The translations under genes were made by a program, and so were the position numbers. Positions 30,243 to 41,200 of a stretch of 64,000 nucleotides of DNA are shown one piece after another. The notes under the pieces were generated by a model. The model was not told the origin of the DNA, ran no database searches, and saw only the letters and a list, made by a program, of their open reading frames with translations. The stretch's first letter is position 1, and each line of letters opens with the position of its first letter. This DNA is from Euryarchaeota archaeon UBA91 (GTDB taxonomy: Archaea; Thermoplasmatota; Poseidoniia; Poseidoniales; Poseidoniaceae). The stretch is taken from NCBI GenBank assembly GCA_002499705.1, contig DAMU01000036.1, positions 7,314 through 71,313 of the forward strand, in the 5' to 3' direction.

Positions 30243-31324
30243 CGAGATACCTCCACGCGCTTTACATCCACTTCAAGATACAACTGTGCACCTTGGGTTT
30301 CAACAGTAAAACCATCTGCACCGCTTGCTCTCAAAAACGGGGCATACCCAACATAGGTGTCCAAGGTGCCCGATGCTCTGTTGAGATTGTATTCATCCAG
30401 CATTCGATCATGATATTGGGGTGTTATCAAATCATTGAGGGAATTGACGACTGTGAATTTCACATTGTATGCCTCACCGGAAAAAAGCGTCATTGGGCCC
30501 ATCGAAATCATGTTCATTCCAATTTTATTTCCAGAGCCAAGTGAACCGTTAATCGTGACATCACTGAGGACCAGTGAGAGACGAAACTCACCGTTTACCA
30601 GTGGGTCGATTTCGATTTTTGGAAAGTGAGAAACACTCCATGGCTCATTTGGAAACCTCTCTACTCGAGCATTATTCATCAAAGCGATTTGGTGTTCACC
30701 CTGTCCAAGAGAAGTTGTGATTTGGATTCCAGAAATGAGATAGGTGAAACTGCGATGAATCGGATTGTTATCCGAATCAAAAACTGTAACTACCATCCAG
30801 TGCTGTTGAGTTGAGTTATGCCTCACAAGAACTTCTTCATGTGACGCTTCAAAGGAAAAACTCTCAACCCCGTATTCGGTTTCAATGGTTATGCTTCGTG
30901 CAGTTTCGTTCATCGAATAAATGCCTAAGGCGGAACTATTTTCATCTCGAACAGTGACTGAATCATACGGTGTCAAATCAGCCGCCATCGTCCAAGTTTC
31001 TACTTTTTCCACCGATTGAATCATCGTAGATTGCAATGCAAGAGTGTGACGTATTCCCGTTCCTTCGGGCGCTCCGCCTGCGACATCAATTCGGTCTTCG
31101 AAACGTTCCGCAATTCCTGTTGCGCTGTTCCAGTTTGTATTGTCTTCAAAATCAGTGATGTAGGGGTTCAAGAAAACCCACACCCCACCCATAATTGTGA
31201 TGACCATGGCGAGCATCATCACGACTCCGAGAACTTCACTGACAGCCCTTTGGTCTCGTCGAAGAGACGGGCGCCAAACTGTGTTTGGTTGTGCGTTCAC
31301 ATACGGCACAACCTTTGGCATCAT
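30239..31324 (-). CDS. Type IV pilin-like protein (class III signal peptide)
   Basis: RRDQRA/VSEVLGVVMMLAMVITIMG, a typical archaeal prepilin cleavage motif. Confidence 0.78.
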   Translation of the reverse strand: MMPKVVPYVNAQPNTVWRPSLRRDQRAVSEVLGVVMMLAMVITIMGGVWVFLNPYITDFEDNTNWNSATGIAERFEDRIDVAGGAPEGTGIRHTLALQSTMIQSVEKVETWTMAADLTPYDSVTVRDENSSALGIYSMNETARSITIETEYGVESFSFEASHEEVLVRHNSTQQHWMVVTVFDSDNNPIHRSFTYLISGIQITTSLGQGEHQIALMNNARVERFPNEPWSVSHFPKIEIDPLVNGEFRLSLVLSDVTINGSLGSGNKIGMNMISMGPMTLFSGEAYNVKFTVVNSLNDLITPQYHDRMLDEYNLNRASGTLDTYVGYAPFLRASGADGFTVETQGAQLYLEVDVKRVEVSR

Positions 31325-31330
31325 TTAGCA

Positions 31331-31372
31331 ATTGACCCTCTCACCCCCCCATAGGGGGGTGATTTTGTCAAT
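31331..31372. promoter_or_regulatory. Interrupted inverted repeat upstream of the pilin-like operon
   Basis: ATTGAC-CCTC-TCACCCCCC-CATA-GGGGGGTGA-TTTT-GTCAAT: 9-bp inner arms and 6-bp outer arms. Confidence 0.5.
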
Positions 31373-31380
31373 AACTCATT

Positions 31381-32199
31381 TCACGGAGAACTCTTTTTGA
31401 GCAACTCATTTTCGTTGCTCTGGCCGATATAGTGGGAGCGCTCTGGGCCATCTTGGAGTGAGATTGTAATGTCTCCAGTAAACAGTTCATCAATGTGGTA
31501 AAGAACGGTGGATTCAGCAAGGTGGGGTTGATTGTTTTTTTCCGACAAGTGCGTGAGTGAAATACTCTTAGTAGCAGGCGTGCAAACCTGTGCCAAGAAA
31601 CGCCCAGTTTGGTCATTTGACAGGTGCCCTCCTCGGCCGCTAATTCTGTCTTTGAGTGTGTAAGGATATGGCCCATTCATCAACCGGTTGTGGTCATAAT
31701 TTGCCTCAATCGAAATGTGTTCGCAACCGCGTACATGCGTGACAAGTTCATCTGTCCATGAACCGAGGTCTGTAATAACGGCAGCCCTCTGTCCGTTATG
31801 ACTTGCAACAAATGCTACATTATCTGCACCTGAATGAGGGACAGGGACGGGGAGTATCGCTAAATCCTCGCTTACTCGAATGACGTCGAGTGCTTCAAAA
31901 TAATGAGTGAGTTCAGGCATGAGACCGAGCTCTTCTGCAGTTCGGTGATTTGCCTGAATGTTCATATTCCATCTTTTCTGAGAAACAGCAGCACCTCCAC
32001 CATGATCACCGTGATGGTGGGTAATGAAAATATAATCAATATCGGTTGGGTGAAGATTCAATCTTCCAAGTCTTTTCTCAAGTTGTGCGCCACTGAATCC
32101 TTGGTCGATCAACACTTTCGCCTGTTCGGTTTCAAGCAACGTCGCATTTCCGCGACTGCCTGTACCAAGGTGCGTGAGTGTCATCGTCATCTCAATCAT
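31381..32199 (-). CDS. Metallo-beta-lactamase-fold hydrolase, YycJ/WalJ-like
   Basis: LGTGSRGNATL, LIDQG, THHHGDHGGG, VPHSG, TDLG, EANYD, GGHLSND, LTHLSEKNN. Start probably 32199 or 32190, not 32349. Confidence 0.85.
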   Translation of the reverse strand: MIEMTMTLTHLGTGSRGNATLLETEQAKVLIDQGFSGAQLEKRLGRLNLHPTDIDYIFITHHHGDHGGGAAVSQKRWNMNIQANHRTAEELGLMPELTHYFEALDVIRVSEDLAILPVPVPHSGADNVAFVASHNGQRAAVITDLGSWTDELVTHVRGCEHISIEANYDHNRLMNGPYPYTLKDRISGRGGHLSNDQTGRFLAQVCTPATKSISLTHLSEKNNQPHLAESTVLYHIDELFTGDITISLQDGPERSHYIGQSNENELLKKSSP

Positions 32200-32424
32200 T
32201 AGTACCGTGACGCGAACGGTCTTTGAAGAAACCGCATCAATTGCTGCAAACTTTGTGATTTCCTCCTTCAAGTTGCCTTTTCTGAAGGTCCAATTCCAGT
32301 TTAAATCGAAGGAATTTTCCGGTCGATGAATGAGGACTTGTCCGAACATCGCTCCATCACCCTCATAAGTGTCTTGAAAGGGTTGAGCACCTGCGAAGCG
32401 TATGCTTTGTAGGCTGGTCTCAAA

Positions 32425-35400
32425 ATGCGTCGTAGTTTAACCACTCTTCTAACCACACTTGCTGTTGTAGCAAGTCTGGTGTTCATGTCACAATTTCCAG
32501 CAATTTCGCCGGTTTCGAATTTGCATCCAGATACCACGGATGGCTCCAAGCCCCCATCGACAGATACCGACGGAGATAAAATCCCAGATGTCCATGAAAA
32601 TCTGTTTGAGGAATGGATGAATTGGAGTACTGTTGATGGCCGAATCATTGTCATGCCAGGCATGGACAGTAACAATGCGTCCGATGCATTGGTGGATAAT
32701 GACCGAGATGGTTTGAATGCTACCGAAGAATTTTGTTGGCCTTATCCCGCAAATTGTACTGCTCCTGGATTCCCTCGCGGACTGACTGGGGTTGTAGACA
32801 GTGAGGGTGAGCGCAGTTATCTTGACCCTCGTGTCTCTGATACAGATGGAGATGGAATGCCTGATGGATATGAAGCATACATGTGTGAACGCGTTGGCGG
32901 TTTCAACATATTTTCGCTCAAGTATGAGTGCCAAAACTTCGACCCTCTAAACGGATCTGATGTTTACGATGATCCTGATGAAGATGGATTTGACGTTAAT
33001 CGAGACGGCGTATTATCAACCACTGAACGCTTTTCATCTCCGGAGGAATACATTTACGGAGCGCCATTGAATCATACGACTGAATTGGACGGCATGTGGT
33101 GCTCTGCAACATTACCTGAAGGCTCAGTCTTCAAGAACTGGCCATTTATTCCAACCGGCCCTAATGCTACTTTCACAAATCTACTCTCAGCATGTACTGA
33201 GAATGCCACGATGGTCATTGACGAAGACATTTGGCTAGGAACTGACCCTCTTCTTGCAGACTCTGACCGCTACCATTGGGATGGCTTTTCAATTCGCAGA
33301 CTTTTCCCTTCTTTCGGAGATGGGATTCCAGATGGATGGGAAGTCCATTTCGGCCTAGAACCACTTAACCGGACCAATGCTCTTCTCGACCCAGACTTGG
33401 ATGGTTGGGATGCGAACCGAGATGGGGGAGTCTCTCCGGATGTAAGTCGTACGTTAACAGCACTGGCATTAGGTGAATCATTGTCTACATTGGAAGAGTA
33501 CTTCGTCCATGAGGATAATGGAAACTCCGTACTTCCTGGTATGAAATCAGTTCTCCTTGGCAACCAACTTGATACTCACGAATCAATGCCTCTGAGCTTT
33601 GTCACACCTGCTGAAGAAATGAGCCTCATACATTACGATCTTCGTGATTTAGAAAGTGATGGGACGATGCTTTATGCAACAACTCGATACGGCGTAACGG
33701 TTTTTGATTTTGAACAGTCCGTGAATTATGATCATTGGATGCCTCAAGGTGTTGAGTTGCATGAGTCTCTTCTTCTTTCCTTACAAGATACCAGTTTTGC
33801 TTTAGCCCTTGCAACAAATGTTGGATTGGCAGTCGCCCCTCTTCAAGCCAATGGTGATCTCGCTCCTCTGGAAAGTTGGTCATGGTCGCTATCTGAAGAA
33901 ATTCACGCACTTGCCGCATTGAACATTGAAGGTCAAAATCAGCAAATCCTCGGCTTAGGTCAATCCGGTCAAGGAGCTGTTTTTGAAGTCACCACATTAT
34001 CACAAATCGCTCAACAATATTCCATTGCGGTAGGACTTGAAACAGCCCTTAGTCAATCGAATGCAAGCGTAACTAGCATTGCACATGGTGCAGCAGGTGG
34101 AGGAAATAATACGCTCTATGTCGGAACCGATAGAGGGTTAATTATCGGTGAGACTTCAACGGCCCGTGGTATGTTTGAACCGACTTGGCGATTTTATTAC
34201 ACCCCCGAAGTGACGCCGTATCCAACAGCAATCGATGAAATTCGCTCTCTCTCTCTGGGCATGGTTGCCAATCCGGCAGAGGTTCGAACGATGGTGCTTG
34301 ATGGACCTACACCCAGCAATGCTCAGGTCTTGTGGTTTGGAACTCCTTCTGGAGTTCATATGATGAATCTCCTTGACAATTCGATTTCACACAGTGGATT
34401 ATTGGAGCACCCTGGAGTCGAAGGCAAATACCTGCGTGAATACAATAACGTCCATTCAATTCTCCCTACTGGTGATGAACTTTTGATTGGTTCAGACAAG
34501 GGGCTTTGGGCTATTTCCGGTGATTATTCTGCAGTCTATGGCTTCCAAAACCAGGAAACAGTCTATGGAGAAATTGTCACTATCCAAACAATTACAGTTG
34601 ATGAAAATACAACAATTTACACTGGTTCCGCACCAGGGAAATACGCAAATCTTGAATTGATGAACCCTGGAGCAAATGATTCCGATAATGATGGTATGCC
34701 GGATGGTTGGGAAGTCGCCAATGGTTTGGACCCAACAGATCCTTGGGACTCACTTTTTGATATGGATGGAGACGGTATAGACCTCGACCAATCAGGTGAT
34801 GGTTTCTTAGAACGACTTTGGACGAATTTAGACGAGTATCGATTCGTTAGTCAGACGACTGCAGGCTACAATTCAACCAATCCGAAAGCGGGTGATACCG
34901 ATGGTGATGGATTGGGCGATGGTAGTGAGTACTTTGGGTTCTTTTACGAAAATTCTACTCTCTGGTGCCACTATACGGTCCAAATGGAATACATTTGTGA
35001 TGATGCAGCCGGACAAGCAGCGAATGCGACTTATCTCGGTCTTTCCAGCAGCGACAGAGGTACTGACCCAACAAATTTCGACAGCGATGGTGACGGCATG
35101 CCTGATGGATGGGAAATACACCATCGACGATGGATTGGTTCTTCGTTTACCGGTGGTAATAACTGGACTCTGGACCCGAATCGCGCCGAAGATGCAAATT
35201 GGGATGCAGACCGTGATGGTTTAGCAAATCTATGCGAATATCAGTGGTCGCTTGTACGAAGTGCAGCAATTGAAGGCTTGTTACTCGAATCTCATGGAGA
35301 AACGGTCAATGCGAGTCTGGATTGGTTTGATGCTGACCCAAACAACATTGATTCTGATGGTGATACGTTGCCTGATGGTTGGGAATCTGGCGGCGCTTGC

Positions 35401-38178
35401 ACTTGGGACCCTTCTCGCCAAGGTGTGAACCCGCTCAACGCCTCAGACCTCTTTGAAAATCCAGATGGAGACGGATATGACATCAATCATGATGGAGTCT
35501 TAGACGACAACGAAGCCTTTGTCAACTACTTAGAATTCCATATTCGTTCTGACTTATTCAGTGGTAATCAGACCCTTGATGGTGTGGCTTTACCTAACGG
35601 ATTCTCAACTGACCTCTTTTCGAATGTCAGTTCATTTGGAATTCCAGAAGCGAACTTTGGTGAACGTGCATCAGGCTCAGTCACCGCCCTTCAATCAATT
35701 ACTGATGTTGGCTCATCTGACCCATTCAACGCAGATTCGGATTCAGATGGAATGCCGGATGGATGGGAGATTTGGTTTGCTCGCTGGAATGTTCTCGATG
35801 ATGGATGGACGTTGAATCCTCTTGATTCATCTGACCGTTGGGAAGACGCAGATGACGATGGAATGGCGAATTGGGAAGAATACAATGCTATCTCTCCTGA
35901 ATATACCGAAACAGATCAAAATCGTTCAGCTCCACAATGGTTTGTCACAACCGTCGGTTCAGCATTTGCTTTGCAACAATGGCCTGGTAACTCTGTTGAG
36001 TTCTCCTTTGGTTCATTCATCACTCAAGACCAAGTGAACCTTACCGGATGGACATGTGACCCAAACAATGTCGACACAGATGGGGATGGCATGATTGATG
36101 GCATAGAACAATTGTTCACCTCATGGAATCTCACCGCCGAAACTTGGACGCTTAATCCGTTGGTTGCAGGCGATGGTGATTTCGATGGAGATGCGGATGG
36201 GCTGATTGATAGCCAAGAATTTGCAATCGCTGTCGAGGCCCCAACCAATGGTTTAGAGCACCCCTCAGATGCTCCTCTGCTCCACCTTGATGGAGATGTC
36301 CAACAGCCTACTGAGAAGGCACAACGGGTGTTTAACATTCTCATCACCAAAGAGACACGAGGTAAGCGTCTGTTAAACGACTTCAACGACTGGCAAGCAG
36401 GAGTTCCTCCAAATGCGATTCTCTCGACACTTCTTGGAATGTCTGATCCAACAAATCCTGACACAGATGACGATGGCATGTATGACGGTTTTGAGTATTG
36501 GTTCACCGAATGGGATCTAGAAGAAAACCGATGGAGTATGAATCCACTCATCGACAGTGACGTTAATCTTGATACGGATGGCGATAGTTTCGATTGCGAT
36601 GGTGATGGGAATATCTCGATGGAGGAACGTTTCTCCAATTTACGTGAATGGGAGTCTCGCACATATGGGAAATACCTCGAGCGTTTCTCGGTCCCAGTTG
36701 ACAAAGGAATCGTTAACTTTGGCGATGACGCTATGCAGGCTTACATGGAAGAACAGGGCATGAATCTTCTTCAAGCGCAGCAAGCACTGTACACTGATTT
36801 CGCATCCAAGAGTCAATCGAGTGCAGACAGAATGGCCATGATCAATGAATTTAATCAAGATAATTTCAATCGCACTTTACTTGGAATCTCAGACCCAACC
36901 AATTCCGATTCTGATTCTGATGGAATTGAGGATGGATGGGAATATTGCTATGCTGTCTTCGGCATGGAAGATCCTACGACCATCAACCACTGGGCTGCAA
37001 ACCCTCTCAACCCTTGGGATGTTAATTACGATGGAGACCGTGATGGATGGTATGGCCGTACCGTCTTTGACCAGCCTGCCACGCAAGGCAGTTGGTCAGG
37101 TCGAGTATTTACTCCCGGAACCGCAGTCGTTCAGTCTGGACTTGGCGATTTGCCTTTCACTAACTGGATGGAATGGGATAACATGACGCGTCCTGATTTG
37201 AACGATTCAGATGGAGACAGTATTTCCTATTCAACAGTAGTCTCGAACGGAGCAGTTGTTTACCATCAGCAAGATTTCAATTTATCAGATGGTCGGGAGG
37301 TGTTCAAGTATGGAATTAACCCGAGTGATAATGATTCTGATGGCGATATGCTACCAGACTGGTATGAGTATTCGAAAGCTTGGAATGAATCAAACGACAA
37401 CTTTAGTTCGTTTTTACAAATTCAGGTTATTTGGATTGATGCTGCTACTGGAGGTGCATGTTCCACCGATACAAATTCCTGTCTTCCTCTATCCCAGCAA
37501 GGAGCCAATGGAATACTTTCACGTCCAAATCTCGCCTCGACTTGGTTTACTTTGAATCCTGCCGATCCCGTAGATGCTAATTACGACCCTGACCAGGATG
37601 GAAATTGGGATTGCAGTGGCGCAGGATGTGTCTATGAGCCTTATACGAATTTCCAAGAATTTTTCAGTATCACTGACACTGACCTCTCCTCGCCTAATGC
37701 GGTGCGACTTAGCGGAATGATCTATGATGGCGAAGTTGTATTGGAGTGGTGGCAGTTAAGGGCAGCACTCTTGAAGCTCGATTCATCCGGAGTAAGTAGC
37801 GAAAATTACTTGAAAATGGATAAATCCTTTGCCAATGATATTCGATTTGCTTACATCGTCGATGACAGAGATACGAATTTCCTCGTTCTTGATTCCAGTG
37901 ATGATGTAATTCATTTGGCAGGAAATCGAACCGATTCATGGGATATGTATTATGTCGGTTCGCCAAATACTGCACCTGTGAGGGCCGTCGGTGAACATGA
38001 ATTCGGATGGTATCTGCTCGACTTAGACAACGACCACATCGCAGAGGGTACTGACCCTACGAACTGGGATACAGATGGTGATTGGATGGTTGATTGGTTT
38101 GAAGTTCATGATGATGAAGAAGACGGAATTCGTGGAGATTCTTCACCGATTCGTTATGATTCTCGTCAAACTGGATGA
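32425..38178 (+). CDS. 1,917-aa secreted/anchored protein with about two dozen TSP3-like Ca-binding repeats and a central beta-propeller-like region
   Basis: Repeated DP...D[ST]DGDGMPDGWE and DxDxDGLxNxxEY units; a non-repetitive middle region with LYVGTDRGL, LWFGTPSGV and LLIGSDKGL strands; N-terminal hydrophobic segment; no C-terminal TM. Confidence 0.8.
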   Translation: MRRSLTTLLTTLAVVASLVFMSQFPAISPVSNLHPDTTDGSKPPSTDTDGDKIPDVHENLFEEWMNWSTVDGRIIVMPGMDSNNASDALVDNDRDGLNATEEFCWPYPANCTAPGFPRGLTGVVDSEGERSYLDPRVSDTDGDGMPDGYEAYMCERVGGFNIFSLKYECQNFDPLNGSDVYDDPDEDGFDVNRDGVLSTTERFSSPEEYIYGAPLNHTTELDGMWCSATLPEGSVFKNWPFIPTGPNATFTNLLSACTENATMVIDEDIWLGTDPLLADSDRYHWDGFSIRRLFPSFGDGIPDGWEVHFGLEPLNRTNALLDPDLDGWDANRDGGVSPDVSRTLTALALGESLSTLEEYFVHEDNGNSVLPGMKSVLLGNQLDTHESMPLSFVTPAEEMSLIHYDLRDLESDGTMLYATTRYGVTVFDFEQSVNYDHWMPQGVELHESLLLSLQDTSFALALATNVGLAVAPLQANGDLAPLESWSWSLSEEIHALAALNIEGQNQQILGLGQSGQGAVFEVTTLSQIAQQYSIAVGLETALSQSNASVTSIAHGAAGGGNNTLYVGTDRGLIIGETSTARGMFEPTWRFYYTPEVTPYPTAIDEIRSLSLGMVANPAEVRTMVLDGPTPSNAQVLWFGTPSGVHMMNLLDNSISHSGLLEHPGVEGKYLREYNNVHSILPTGDELLIGSDKGLWAISGDYSAVYGFQNQETVYGEIVTIQTITVDENTTIYTGSAPGKYANLELMNPGANDSDNDGMPDGWEVANGLDPTDPWDSLFDMDGDGIDLDQSGDGFLERLWTNLDEYRFVSQTTAGYNSTNPKAGDTDGDGLGDGSEYFGFFYENSTLWCHYTVQMEYICDDAAGQAANATYLGLSSSDRGTDPTNFDSDGDGMPDGWEIHHRRWIGSSFTGGNNWTLDPNRAEDANWDADRDGLANLCEYQWSLVRSAAIEGLLLESHGETVNASLDWFDADPNNIDSDGDTLPDGWESGGACTWDPSRQGVNPLNASDLFENPDGDGYDINHDGVLDDNEAFVNYLEFHIRSDLFSGNQTLDGVALPNGFSTDLFSNVSSFGIPEANFGERASGSVTALQSITDVGSSDPFNADSDSDGMPDGWEIWFARWNVLDDGWTLNPLDSSDRWEDADDDGMANWEEYNAISPEYTETDQNRSAPQWFVTTVGSAFALQQWPGNSVEFSFGSFITQDQVNLTGWTCDPNNVDTDGDGMIDGIEQLFTSWNLTAETWTLNPLVAGDGDFDGDADGLIDSQEFAIAVEAPTNGLEHPSDAPLLHLDGDVQQPTEKAQRVFNILITKETRGKRLLNDFNDWQAGVPPNAILSTLLGMSDPTNPDTDDDGMYDGFEYWFTEWDLEENRWSMNPLIDSDVNLDTDGDSFDCDGDGNISMEERFSNLREWESRTYGKYLERFSVPVDKGIVNFGDDAMQAYMEEQGMNLLQAQQALYTDFASKSQSSADRMAMINEFNQDNFNRTLLGISDPTNSDSDSDGIEDGWEYCYAVFGMEDPTTINHWAANPLNPWDVNYDGDRDGWYGRTVFDQPATQGSWSGRVFTPGTAVVQSGLGDLPFTNWMEWDNMTRPDLNDSDGDSISYSTVVSNGAVVYHQQDFNLSDGREVFKYGINPSDNDSDGDMLPDWYEYSKAWNESNDNFSSFLQIQVIWIDAATGGACSTDTNSCLPLSQQGANGILSRPNLASTWFTLNPADPVDANYDPDQDGNWDCSGAGCVYEPYTNFQEFFSITDTDLSSPNAVRLSGMIYDGEVVLEWWQLRAALLKLDSSGVSSENYLKMDKSFANDIRFAYIVDDRDTNFLVLDSSDDVIHLAGNRTDSWDMYYVGSPNTAPVRAVGEHEFGWYLLDLDNDHIAEGTDPTNWDTDGDWMVDWFEVHDDEEDGIRGDSSPIRYDSRQTG

Positions 38179-38249
38179 CATTTGTCATTTGACTCGTAGG
38201 GGCATGATTCAAAGGCCATAGGCTCTAAGCCCTGTTAGGGGGAGCGTAT

Positions 38250-41200
38250 ATGCAGAACGATTTGTCGAACGGGCGCGGCGTAATGTTTGTACTGTTCTTC
38301 ATAATGGTACTCGCTCCAATGGGTCCTATGGCGGATGTCGTTGTCGGTTCTGCTGACGCAACAGGGGTTTCACGCCACGTTTACTCGCTCCATGATGGGT
38401 CAACAGAGTATGTAGCACTGTATCAAGGTGCAAACCCTGACACTGGTGCTATGGTATCCTTACCGAAAGGTGCCCTTGTTACTGACGTTTCTCTCACACT
38501 TTCCGGCGCCTCTGCTACGGGATGGAGTCAAACTGCTACTGATGACCGAGATGAATGGATTTCTGGTTCTTCATCAGCTACGGATGACCGAAGCGACGAG
38601 TTAGGACTTGCTTTTTCAAACCGTTCGACAACATTCTTCCCTCATGGTTATGATGAAGTGGAGCATCCTTCCTCCGATGCATGGCTCGATAATGGATCAT
38701 ACGCTATCCGTCAGCCTCACACTTCAAATTCTACAGAAAGCAGATTTTCCCAGCAAGCTCTCAAAACGTCGTCAAGTTTGATGAAACAAAGCCAAGGAGC
38801 GATTTTGAAACACCACGATTGGCTTTTCATGTCGACATGGAGTTCTTCCTCATTCCATAACATCGTTCACAGACTTTATCCAAATAACGCAACGAAGGAA
38901 TCCGTCATTACACTTGACCAAGGACAGTGCACCATTGCCAGCCTTCACCCAAGTTCATATTATGGAAGTTATGGTTTCCGTGACTGGACAATCACTGATG
39001 ATGAGCGTATGTTTGCGATTCTTTCTGGATATCGATACCATTACTCTTCTTCAGCTCCAACTCAATATCACCGCGTACTTGAGATGGACATTTCTCGTGA
39101 CGATACATGGACCTGTATCGATTCATATGACGTCTCTCCGCAGTACTCAGACTACACCGCTATTGCGTATGACCGGACATCCGATGAAGTTTGGATTGTT
39201 CACAACGCTCAGCGCCGCATCGTTCCTTACACTTTTGGCGACCAGCCAGACGGTCAATACACTCGTGGCCAAGATATGTATTCGTATTCTTCATCATCCG
39301 GAAGTTCTTGGGAATGTGGAAAAACCGGCCAACAAGTGCGTGGTTTGGAAGTAAACCAAAGCACTTTTTTCATGCGTTGCCAAAAGGGCACCTCGAGTCA
39401 AGACAAAGACCAGCTTGAGGCTTGGACTATTTCCGGTACATCCACTTCTCTCGTTCCGCAATCGGGTACTCGATTGCTTTCAACTCTCGGTTATGGATTG
39501 CAATATGATGGGTCTCGATTCGTTACTGTAGACTGCGGGTATTCGACTTGGTCTTCTGCAACTTTGTATTACCGTGAATACGGCACAGGATGGCAGTTCA
39601 AGACAACACCTGCTCCGGGAACGACTACGTGGTATGGCCCTGTAACTGAATCATCAGATCCGATTTTAATGGTAAATATGCAAACATATTCTTCTGCAGC
39701 CTCCATTGGTGATAGAGTCGATTACTGGGTTTCTGCTGATAATGGAACGCATTGGGAATCTGTGGAATCAAATTCGACCATTCATTTTTCATACCCCGGA
39801 ACTGAATTAGTTTGGAAAGCTCAGTTGATTGGTTCTACTGCAGTATCTTGGTGGGTGGACTTAGAATATTCGACAGAATATGCATCCTCTGGCAGTTGGA
39901 CTTCACCGCCGTTTACTACGGGTACGAAAATTGGGAAGGTGAAGCCGAATTGGGTTGCTGATGTTCCTTCTGGAACTTCTGTAGTCGTTCAAGTTTCGAA
40001 TGACAACGGTTCGACATGGCTTCCAGCAACAAATAACCAAGAGGTAAGTTTCCCATCAACTGAGGCTGGAAATACAATCAAATATGCAGTAAGTTTGTCA
40101 ACAACCGATGTTTCTCTCTCCCCCTTGATTGATTCAATCACGATGGAATACGAAGAAGGATATCCTGACCGTCCGAAACTGGATATCGGAAATGATTTGG
40201 TTTGGGATTGGGAATCTCTTCTTTTCCTGAATGAATCAGCAGTAACTGCCTCTGACCAATCCGTAGTGAATGATGAAGTTCAGGCACAACCAACGCTCGT
40301 TCAAGCGTTTAATTCGTTTATTCCTCAAAACGGTGATGGCGACGTGCTTATTCCTATTGCAGTCAAAGCAGCCTCATCCGGTAGGGTGAAGATTTCCAAC
40401 ATTGACATCGCCTACAAAATGCAAACACGTGCAATTGACGCTTCACTCGAAGGAGGTCTTCTTTCGCCTGATGGTATATCTCGAAATTTACAGGTTCGTA
40501 TCGCACCTGGTGATGAAGTTGACAGAGTGACTGAATCGCTTATTGCTCTAAATAATTCATACGGCGAAAATCCAGCGTTTGATTGGCAGCGTGGTGATAC
40601 ATGTTCTGTAATTAGTGATGCCGGTGGCATTGTTCAATTCGATGTAGCAAACTGTACTTCAACAATGGACTCATTCGGCGAAGTTACGATTCGAATACCG
40701 GTAGCTGTAAACTGGACTTGGGATGACGAAAGCAGCATGCAGGCCTTGATTACAGTCGAAGATGACCTCGGACAGGCAGTATCTGCTTGGGAAACTGAAG
40801 ACTTGGATATCATTGTTGAAAATGACATTCAACTTGATGGTCTACGTGTTTTCGAGGAAACTGGACGTGAGCTCTACTCTCAAGACTGGGTGCGAGGCGG
40901 ATTCAATCTCTCATTCACTGGTCAGATATTTTTCCAAAATTCTCAACTCACGCCTTTGGGTGGACAATTCGCACTACGAGTCCTCGGACAAAACGTGACG
41001 TATGATGGCGATCCTATCGGGGAGCCTATTCTGTTGGCCCAAGAACAGAATCCAGCATTTGGTGAATACAATATCACTTTCCAATCACCGCTTGAATCCT
41101 CACCAGGAGGAATGGTTTTCTATGTCGAGGCTATTCAATTGAAGAACGGCTCAACCTTTGCTAACCCGGGATACAATACCATACGACTGGTTTTAGATGG

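Noticed and set aside
27559-31324. Archaellin (flagellin) operon
   Set aside because: No archaellin-type N-terminal consensus and no arlH/I/J genes in the window.
36024-36704. 226-aa antisense ORF (and the similar 12769-13404 ORF)
   Set aside because: Fully antisense to long genuine genes; composition reflects the reverse complement of acidic codons, with no recognisable motifs.
32560-38100. Recurring GATGG(A/T)GATGG...GATGGATGGGA DNA motifs as a CRISPR or tandem repeat array
   Set aside because: They are degenerate, in-frame codings of the DxDGDG..DGWE protein repeats with irregular spacing; no cas genes.
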